A stretch of 32,000 bases of DNA from Trichlorobacter lovleyi SZ (GTDB lineage Bacteria > Desulfobacterota > Desulfuromonadia > Geobacterales > Pseudopelobacteraceae): positions 2,520,001-2,552,000 of the forward strand of contig NC_010814.1 of assembly GCF_000020385.1 (NCBI RefSeq), written 5' to 3'. Positions within the stretch are counted from its first letter, which is position 1. Every line of letters starts with the position of its first letter. Shown in pieces: positions 25,632-32,000 of the stretch. The notes beneath the pieces were generated by a model, which was given only the letters and a program-made list of their open reading frames with translations, was not told where the DNA came from and searched no databases. A program made the translations under genes and the position numbers.

Positions 25632-25928
25632 ATGAAAAGGCTGTTCGCACTGATTGTGATGTTCACACTGACTACTCTGGCAACAAGCGCTTTTGCCGCT
25701 GAGATGAAGATGATCGGCACGGTCAGCGCAATCAGGATGGTTGGCGGTGGCGCTGAAATGACCGTAAAAGATCGCAAGACTGATGCAGCTGTCGTGCTGC
25801 AGGTGCGTGACGGTTCGAATATGGAAAAGATCAAGGACCGCAAGGTTCGGGTCGGTGATGAACTGAGGCTGCGTTATGACAGCGACAGCAAGGTTGTCCG
25901 GACCATCCAGAAGACCGCCGGTTGCTGA
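25632..25928 (+). CDS. Small secreted hypothetical protein (98 aa)
   Basis: AGGAGGAAGA RBS. It has a signal peptide (MKRLFALIVMFTLTTLATSAFAAE) followed by a beta-rich mature part ending ...QKTAGC. I do not recognise a family. Confidence 0.6.
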   Translation: MKRLFALIVMFTLTTLATSAFAAEMKMIGTVSAIRMVGGGAEMTVKDRKTDAAVVLQVRDGSNMEKIKDRKVRVGDELRLRYDSDSKVVRTIQKTAGC

Positions 25929-25955
25929 TCGGAAACAATGCAAAAATACGCGCTC

Positions 25956-25981
25956 AAAGGCCTGCCTGTGCAGGCCTTTTT
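25956..25981. terminator. Bidirectional intrinsic terminator between convergent genes
   Basis: AAA-GGCCTGC-ctgt-GCAGGCC-TTTTT lies between the stop of the 25632 gene and the stop of the ATPase gene (26057). Confidence 0.75.
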
Positions 25982-26056
25982 CAATTCCAGCAGGGTCTTT
26001 CCGGTTCCAGCCCGAGGAGACCGGCATGATAGTAAAAAAAACAACGGAGCAGAGTC

Positions 26057-27844
26057 TCAACCGGTAATTGAGATTACCTCATCGTAGGTGGTTGCCCCTT
26101 CCAACATCTTACGAATAGCAAGTTGACGCAGGGACAGAAAACCGTCCTGCTCGGCAGAACGCACCAGTTCTGCAAGATCAACCTTGTCTCCCACCATGGC
26201 CCGGATCCGCTCGTTCATCTCAAGCACTTCAAAGATACCGGTGCGGCCTTTATAGCCAGTGCCCCGACACCCCTTGCACCCCTCGCCCTCATAGACGGTG
26301 TAAGACTCGGCGGTCAATTGCAGATAGGTCCGTTCCTCTGCAGACAGCTGGCGCGGAACCTTGCAGTGGGGACAGACCTTGCGCAACAGACGCTGCGCGA
26401 TAATGCCGACCACCGTTGCCGTAATCAGATAGGGCGGCACTCCCAGATCCAGCAAACGGGCAATGGACGAAGGGGCATCATTGGTATGCAACGTGGAGAG
26501 CACCAGATGGCCGGTCAGGGCCGCCTGGACTGCGTTCTCGGCAGTTTCTTCATCACGGATCTCACCAACCATGACGATATCCGGGTCCTGCCGCAGGACC
26601 GTCCTCAGGATATTGCCGAAGGTGACGCCGATACTCTGTTGCACCGCAATCTGGTTAAACTCCTCCATCACCATCTCGATCGGATCTTCAATGGTAACGA
26701 TATTCACTTCCGGAGACGAAAGGTTACGCAGGGTTGAGTAGAGGGTCGTTGTCTTGCCCGAACCGGTTGGACCGGTGACCAGAATGATCCCGTTGGGACG
26801 GTGGATAAAGCTGTTATACAGAGAGTATTCCCGCGTATAAAAGCCGATTGAATCCAGTTCCTGAAACAGGATATCCGGGTCAAAGATCCGGATAACCACC
26901 TTTTCGCCAAAGGCGGTCGGCACGGTGGAAACCCGCAGTTCCACCTCTTTGTTGTTATGGCTGGTCTTGATCCGGCCATCCTGAGGGCGTCGCTTTTCAG
27001 CCAGATCCATGCGTGACAGGATCTTGATCCTGGAAACAATCGGAGCATGCAACGGCTTGGGCAGCAGATGGATATTATGCAACAGGCCGTCCAGCCGGAA
27101 GCGGATCAGACATTTCTCCCGCTTTGGCTCAATATGGATATCGCTGGCACGCTGGTCAAAGGCGTAGGAGAGCAGAAAATCCACTGCAGATATGACGTGA
27201 CGGTCATTCCCTTCAAGCTCATGCTCTCCTTTCAACTTGAAGAGCTGCTCAAGGTTCCCCAGGTCAATGGTCGTGGAGGACTCTGCCTCGGCAGCCAGGA
27301 CTGAGGCCCGGAAACCGTAAAACTCACGCAGTATTTTCTGGATGTCGCTGCATGAACTGAGTACCCGCCGGACCTTAAGGCGATGGGCAGTGGCAAACTC
27401 GCTCAGCACCTGATCATTAAAGGGATCAACCACCGCGATTGCCAGTTCACCGTCACGGGTGGCCACCGGCACGATCAGGTGTTTCAAGGCAAAGGGACGC
27501 GGGATATAGGAGGTGACCACATCAAGATCAAGCTTGAGCGGGTCAATCTTGAGATAGGGGATATTCAGAAACGACGCCAGCGCTTCCGTTATGGCATCCT
27601 CCGACAGAATACGTCCGTTTCCACCAGGCGTCTCAAGGTTGAATGAAGCCAGCAGCTGGGCAGGTGACGGCGCCTCCCCCCCACGATGCAGACGGCGCCC
27701 GCCGGCCTGGGGACCCGCTGTCAGGCGGGCCTCCTGGGCCTTGGCCTTGGCCAGCACCATGGCCCGCTGATCGCCAGTGAGCAGTTTTTTTTCAAACAGT
27801 AACGCGGTCAGATATTCAATGGTCAGTTTTGACTGTGTCCCCAT
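26057..27844 (-). CDS. GspE/PilB-family secretion ATPase (type II secretion / type IV pilus class)
   Basis: - T2SSE N-domain: ITEALASFLNIPYLKIDPLKLDLDVV
- Walker A: GPTGSGKTTTLY
- Walker B/Asp box: DPDIVMVGEIRD
- His box: TGHLVLSTLHTNDA
- Tetracysteine motif: CPHCK...CKGCRGTG. Confidence 0.85.
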   Translation of the reverse strand: MGTQSKLTIEYLTALLFEKKLLTGDQRAMVLAKAKAQEARLTAGPQAGGRRLHRGGEAPSPAQLLASFNLETPGGNGRILSEDAITEALASFLNIPYLKIDPLKLDLDVVTSYIPRPFALKHLIVPVATRDGELAIAVVDPFNDQVLSEFATAHRLKVRRVLSSCSDIQKILREFYGFRASVLAAEAESSTTIDLGNLEQLFKLKGEHELEGNDRHVISAVDFLLSYAFDQRASDIHIEPKREKCLIRFRLDGLLHNIHLLPKPLHAPIVSRIKILSRMDLAEKRRPQDGRIKTSHNNKEVELRVSTVPTAFGEKVVIRIFDPDILFQELDSIGFYTREYSLYNSFIHRPNGIILVTGPTGSGKTTTLYSTLRNLSSPEVNIVTIEDPIEMVMEEFNQIAVQQSIGVTFGNILRTVLRQDPDIVMVGEIRDEETAENAVQAALTGHLVLSTLHTNDAPSSIARLLDLGVPPYLITATVVGIIAQRLLRKVCPHCKVPRQLSAEERTYLQLTAESYTVYEGEGCKGCRGTGYKGRTGIFEVLEMNERIRAMVGDKVDLAELVRSAEQDGFLSLRQLAIRKMLEGATTYDEVISITG

Positions 27845-27860
27845 GCCTCAGCTTTCCTGT

Positions 27861-28286
27861 CTAGTGCATCAACTTGTTTTTTTTCAATCCCTCTTCACGC
27901 TGCTGCTCGATCCGTTTGCTGACCGCTTCAAGCACTTCGGCTTCACTGTATTTGGGTTTGGCAGCAATTCGTGGCAACTCCGAGTCGGCCCCCGCCAGGG
28001 TTGCAGCCATTTCCTCCTGCTTTGCCAGCGCCTCAAGCACCTGCTTTTTCTGTTCTTCATAGAAAATACTGTCCTTGGCCAGCTCCATGGCGCTCTTTAC
28101 CACCCCGCGCAAGGTAAAGGCCAGCAGCAGCAGCGGCACAATATCGTCCAGCCAATAGTCCAGACTCAGTTCACGAACCATCGTACCAGCCAGCAAACCG
28201 GCACAGGCCATCAACGCACCAAACAGGTTCCCAAGAAAGCGGAACTCAGCCCCTTCAGTGTATCCTTCGCCTGTTTTTTCAGTCAT
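27861..28286 (-). CDS. Small membrane protein with C-terminal coiled-coil-like region (141 aa), hypothetical
   Basis: ATG at 28286 has a GGAGAAGG RBS and overlaps the RND stop (GATGACTGA). Two hydrophobic helices (FLGNLFGALMACAGLLAGTMV, IVPLLLLAFTL) are followed by a charged helical tail. It lies 16 nt upstream of the ATPase start. Confidence 0.5.
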   Translation of the reverse strand: MTEKTGEGYTEGAEFRFLGNLFGALMACAGLLAGTMVRELSLDYWLDDIVPLLLLAFTLRGVVKSAMELAKDSIFYEEQKKQVLEALAKQEEMAATLAGADSELPRIAAKPKYSEAEVLEAVSKRIEQQREEGLKKNKLMH

Positions 28287-31200
28287 CTGCCTTCTCCTGC
28301 CGCGGCGTCCGCCTGATGTGCTGTTGCAGGCGGTCAAGATATATATAGACTACTGGTGTAATGTACAGTGTTAAAATTTGTGATACCAGCAAACCGCCAA
28401 CCACCGCCAGCCCCAGAGGACGGCGTGCATCGGCACCGGCACCGATCCCCAGTGCGATCGGAAGCGCCCCGGTCAGGGCGGCCATCGTGGTCATCATAAT
28501 GGGGCGGAAACGGATCAGGCAGCCCTGGTAGATGGCCCGCTCAGGGGTGATCCCTTCCGTACGCTGGGCATCCAGGGCAAAGTCGATCATCATGATGGCG
28601 TTTTTCTTGACGATCCCCACCAGCAGGATAATCCCCACAAAGGCGTACAGGTTCAACTCATGGCCGAACAGCAACAGGGTCAGCAACGCCCCGAGCCCTG
28701 CCGACGGCAGACCGGAAAGGATCGTCACCGGATGGATGTAACTTTCGTACAGCACCCCCAGCACGATATAGATCACTGCCACAGCGGCGATAAGCAGCCA
28801 GCTGAGCCCGGAGAATGATTGTTTGAAGGCCTGGGCTGTTCCCTGAAAGGCGGTGGTGATCCCGGTGGGCAGGGCTTTGGCCTCTTTTTCCACAGCAGCA
28901 GTTGCCTCACCAAGCGGCACGCCGGGGCGGATATTGAAGGAGACGGTCACTGCAGCGGACTGCCCCAAGTGGTTGACGGTCAGTGGCCCGACTGAGCGCT
29001 GTGCGGTCAACAAGGTAGAGAGCGGCACCAATTGGCCGATGGTAGAACGGACATGGAGCAGGCCAAGGGCGGCCTGGTCCTTCTGGTACTGCGGCTCCAC
29101 CTCCAGTATGACCTGATACTGGTTGCTCGGGGCAAAGATGGTGGATACCTGGCGGGAACCATAGGCGTAGTACAAGGCATCTTCCAACTGCTGCGGGGAG
29201 ACATTCAGAGCTGCAGCATGATCCCGGTCTATGGCAAGCCTCAGCTCGGGATTCCTGATCTGAAGGTCCGAAGTAACATCCTGCAGAATCGGCAGCCCCT
29301 TGAGGCGCGACTCAAACTGGGCGGCAGCCTGATACAGCTGGGTGGTGTCGGGCGACATCAGGGCGAACTGGTACTGTGCCTTTGAAAGTGTCGCCTCCAG
29401 CCGGATGGGCGGCGGATTCTGCAGAAAAACCTGAATACCGGGCAGCTGGGCCAGCTTCGGCCTGAGCTGCTGAATAACCGTGTCGGCGCTGTCTTTACGC
29501 TGGCTGAGGGGCTTCAGCCGGATAAACATGAAGCCGCTGTTGGAGCCGACCCGTGAACCGGAAGCACCGGCAGAGGACATGAACGCCTCAACATTGGGAT
29601 TCTGACGCACAATGTCGGCAGCAAGCTGCTGATTACGCATCATCTCTTCAAAAGATATCCCCTGGGCGCCTTCCGTAATGCCGTAGATACCGCCGGTATC
29701 CTCACTGGAAAAGAGTCCGGCAGGCATGCGCGCAAAAAGCCAGATGGTGACCAGTGCGGTTGCAATGGTAAAGAGCAGTGCAGACCTGAGATGCCTCAGC
29801 ACCCACTTCAGCGACGTAGCATACCCGTCACGCAACAGATCAAAGAAACGTTCCAGCAGCTGATAGAGGCGGCCATGCTGCCGGGAGACGTCGTGTGGCT
29901 TCAGAAACCTGCTGCAGAGCATCGGCGTCAGAGTCAGGGAGACAAAACCTGAAATCAGGATCGCCGCAGAGATGGTAACAGCAAACTCGTTCAAGAGCCG
30001 CCCCAGCATCCCCCCCATAAACAGCACCGGAATAAACACCGCAACCAGTGAGATGGTCATGGAAACAATCGTAAACCCGATTTCCCGCGATCCGCGCAGG
30101 GCCGCCTCCATCGGCTTCATCCCCTCCTCAATGTGGCGCACGATATTTTCCAGCATCACAATGGCGTCATCCACGACAAAACCAACCGACAGGGTCAGCG
30201 CCAGCAGGCTGATATTGTTGATGGAAATACCCAGGCCGCTCATGACGGCAAAGGTCCCGACAATCGAGAGGGGCACTGCCAGGCTGGGGATCAGGGTGGC
30301 CGGCAGGTTGCGCAGAAAGAGAAAGATCACCATGATCACCAGGCAGATGGTCAAGACCAGCGTAAACTTGACTTCATCAACCGACTCCCGGATCGAAACC
30401 GTCCGGTCGTAGAGGACATTCATCTGAAGGGCGGCAGGGAGCTGGTTCTGGAATTCCGGCAGGAGTTGCTTGATGGCATCCACCATCTCAATGGTATTGG
30501 CGCCCGGCTGACGCTGGACCGCCAGCACAATGGCCCGGGTCGCAAACTCCCTGCGATTGTACCAGGCCGCCACCTTATCGTTCTCCACGCTGTCCAGCGT
30601 GGTACCGACATCCTGTACCCGCACCGGCGAACCGTTCTTCCAGGCAATGATGGTCGGCCTGAAGGCCTCTGCCTTCAGGAGCGGCGCATTGGTTTGGATC
30701 GTCAGGGCCTGCTGCTTCCCCTGCAGCACACCGGTGGGAAGGTTCGAGTTTGCACGGGCCAGGGCTGAGGCAACCTCATCAATCCCGATCCCGCGGGCCG
30801 CCAGCTGACGCGGATCGACCTGCACCCGGGCAGCGTATTTCTGCGAGCCATAGACCAGTACCTGGGCCACACCGCTTACCATGGAGATCCGCTGTGCCAG
30901 CATGGTATCGGCGTACTCGTTCACCTGATGCAACGGCATGCTTTCCGAGTTGAGCGCAAGGTAGAGCACCGGCGAATCAGCGGGGTTGACCTTGCGGTAG
31001 GAAGGCGGGGTTGTCATGTCGGCCGGCAGCTTGCGCATCGCCTTCGCAATGGCGGCCTGTACATCCAGCGCAGCTGCATCGATATTGCGTTTCAGGGTAA
31101 ATTTCAGCGTGATGATAGAGATCCCCTGCCCATTGGTAGAGGTCATGGAGTCCAGACCGGCAATGGTGGAAAACTCCCGTTCAAGCGGGGTGGCCACCGC

Positions 31201-31383
31201 AGAGGCCATGGTTTCGGGGCTGGCGCCGGGCAGGTTGGAGGTTACCTGTATCGTGGGAAAATCAACCGTGGGCAGGTCATTAACCGGCAGGCCGCGATAG
31301 GCCAGCAGACCGAACACCAGCACGGCCAGCATGACCAGGCTGGTGGCAATCGGCCTGCGGATAAAGAGTTCGGAAACATTCAT
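28279..31383 (-). CDS. RND efflux transporter permease (AcrB/HAE1-like)
   Basis: MNVSELFIRRPIATSLVMLAVLVFGLLAYRGLPVNDLP... is a canonical RND N-terminus. The protein is over 1000 aa with 12 TM segments and two large periplasmic loops. I prefer the ATG at 31383 over the longest ORF (31437). Confidence 0.85.
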   Translation of the reverse strand: MNVSELFIRRPIATSLVMLAVLVFGLLAYRGLPVNDLPTVDFPTIQVTSNLPGASPETMASAVATPLEREFSTIAGLDSMTSTNGQGISIITLKFTLKRNIDAAALDVQAAIAKAMRKLPADMTTPPSYRKVNPADSPVLYLALNSESMPLHQVNEYADTMLAQRISMVSGVAQVLVYGSQKYAARVQVDPRQLAARGIGIDEVASALARANSNLPTGVLQGKQQALTIQTNAPLLKAEAFRPTIIAWKNGSPVRVQDVGTTLDSVENDKVAAWYNRREFATRAIVLAVQRQPGANTIEMVDAIKQLLPEFQNQLPAALQMNVLYDRTVSIRESVDEVKFTLVLTICLVIMVIFLFLRNLPATLIPSLAVPLSIVGTFAVMSGLGISINNISLLALTLSVGFVVDDAIVMLENIVRHIEEGMKPMEAALRGSREIGFTIVSMTISLVAVFIPVLFMGGMLGRLLNEFAVTISAAILISGFVSLTLTPMLCSRFLKPHDVSRQHGRLYQLLERFFDLLRDGYATSLKWVLRHLRSALLFTIATALVTIWLFARMPAGLFSSEDTGGIYGITEGAQGISFEEMMRNQQLAADIVRQNPNVEAFMSSAGASGSRVGSNSGFMFIRLKPLSQRKDSADTVIQQLRPKLAQLPGIQVFLQNPPPIRLEATLSKAQYQFALMSPDTTQLYQAAAQFESRLKGLPILQDVTSDLQIRNPELRLAIDRDHAAALNVSPQQLEDALYYAYGSRQVSTIFAPSNQYQVILEVEPQYQKDQAALGLLHVRSTIGQLVPLSTLLTAQRSVGPLTVNHLGQSAAVTVSFNIRPGVPLGEATAAVEKEAKALPTGITTAFQGTAQAFKQSFSGLSWLLIAAVAVIYIVLGVLYESYIHPVTILSGLPSAGLGALLTLLLFGHELNLYAFVGIILLVGIVKKNAIMMIDFALDAQRTEGITPERAIYQGCLIRFRPIMMTTMAALTGALPIALGIGAGADARRPLGLAVVGGLLVSQILTLYITPVVYIYLDRLQQHIRRTPRQEKADD

Positions 31384-31555
31384 GGCTGCCCTGTGCCCAA
31401 GAAAACAGTCAGACGGATACGCCTTTCGCCTGATCACTGGTTAGTGTAACGTTTTTCTTTTCGGCAGAAAGGGAAGATAACTTGTGCTGATATGCGCTTC
31501 CGGGTTGTTTTTGCAAAATGCGGTAAAATGGATGGAACTGTTGCAGGCAGGCCGG

Positions 31556-32000
31556 TCAAGGCTGTCCGGCACCGCCTGCGCTCTGAAGAATGGTTATCCG
31601 CTGTTCATCTGAATTGCTGACTGTACCGAGTTTTTTCAGATATTCCCTGAAGGCATCGCTGTCGATAATCCCGCTATCACTCCGAAATCCTGCAGCATTT
31701 TTTACGGCAGCAAAACCATCACCGCCGCCAGCCACAAAGGTGTTGACGACGGTACGGTACAGCGCAGCAGGCTCAACCGGCTGAAAGTTCCCCCTGCTGT
31801 CCCTGACGGTCAGGGCTGTCACCCGTGAACCTCTGGGGGCTGACAACTGTACGTTAAACCTGATGCCGGCAACATAGGGCATAACCGGCTGTTTGAGACC
31901 ATACTTGGCAATCAGAAAATCAATATTCCCCTCCAGGGCAGCTTGCAGTTCAGAACCGTTCAGATCAATCAGCACCAGGGTGTCGGCAAAGGGCATCACC
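31556..32000 (-). CDS. Partial CDS: 5'-nucleotidase C-terminal domain protein (UshA-like); N-terminus is beyond the window
   Basis: LIDLNGSELQAALEG...VAGIRFNV...VTALTVRD...YRTVVNTFVAGGGDGF is the 5'-nucleotidase C-terminal substrate-binding domain. The ORF is open at the window edge. Confidence 0.65.
   Translation of the reverse strand, partial: VMPFADTLVLIDLNGSELQAALEGNIDFLIAKYGLKQPVMPYVAGIRFNVQLSAPRGSRVTALTVRDSRGNFQPVEPAALYRTVVNTFVAGGGDGFAAVKNAAGFRSDSGIIDSDAFREYLKKLGTVSNSDEQRITILQSAGGAGQP

Noticed and set aside
27739-27823. The N-terminus of the GspE/PilB-type ATPase (YLTALLFEKKLLTGDQRAMVLAKAKAQ) resembles the MshEN c-di-GMP-binding motif. This would link it to the riboswitch theme.
   Set aside because: Only one degenerate copy is present, where MshEN needs two tandem 24-residue motifs. 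The key Arg, Gly and Leu positions are substituted.
31438-31555. The hairpin CTTTC-TGCC-GAAAG with an adjacent homopolymer run was considered as a terminator between the 5'-nucleotidase and RND genes.
   Set aside because: The T-run precedes the hairpin on the plus strand, and on the minus strand the hairpin is followed by A residues. It therefore does not have terminator geometry on either strand.

Overview
This is a chromosomal window of moderately high GC. Gene content looks Desulfuromonadales/Geobacter-like, which is an inference only. Nearly all genes are on the minus strand.

**Layout**
- 1-1936: decayed mobile DNA. It holds a partial lipoprotein gene, a C-terminally truncated IS4-family transposase, and a zeta-toxin-like P-loop ATPase gene cut by that IS. 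It ends at a 23-nt tRNA-Gly 3' remnant followed by a strong hairpin terminator, which looks like the distal att boundary of a tRNA-integrated island.
- 2029-10815: the most unusual part, a tightly coupled four-gene minus-strand operon.
  - a sulfotransferase
  - an 875-aa triple fusion: DUF115/Maf-like, LIC12133-type methyltransferase and radical SAM/SPASM
  - a small SAM methyltransferase
  - a 1562-aa protein with four glycosyltransferase modules and two TPR blocks
  - No flippase, polymerase, priming transferase or sugar-nucleotide genes are present. I read this as a candidate cytoplasmic protein or peptide glycan-decoration system (glycosylation, methylation, sulfation).
- 11013-25402: mostly housekeeping genes. 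These are SlyD-like FKBP, rhomboid, ihfA, cupin, yjbQ, cca, miaA, FKBP, HIT, acpH, two thioesterases, an MFS transporter and bioBD.
- 26057-31383: an RND permease, a small membrane protein and a GspE/PilB-type ATPase in one coupled operon with no RND adaptor gene.
- 31556-32000: a partial 5'-nucleotidase gene.

**Signals not visible in the ORF track**
- A GEMM-I (c-di-GMP-I) riboswitch with its own promoter and intrinsic terminator at 14683-14893 (minus strand). It lies ahead of a 75-aa Cys-rich ORF and ihfA.
- A BirA-type operator (TTGTCAACC-N15-GGTTGACAA) in front of bioB.
- A 2-hydroxyacid dehydrogenase gene split by one in-frame TAA.
- A Cys-rich tail on BioD.

No rRNA, intact tRNA or CRISPR array was seen.
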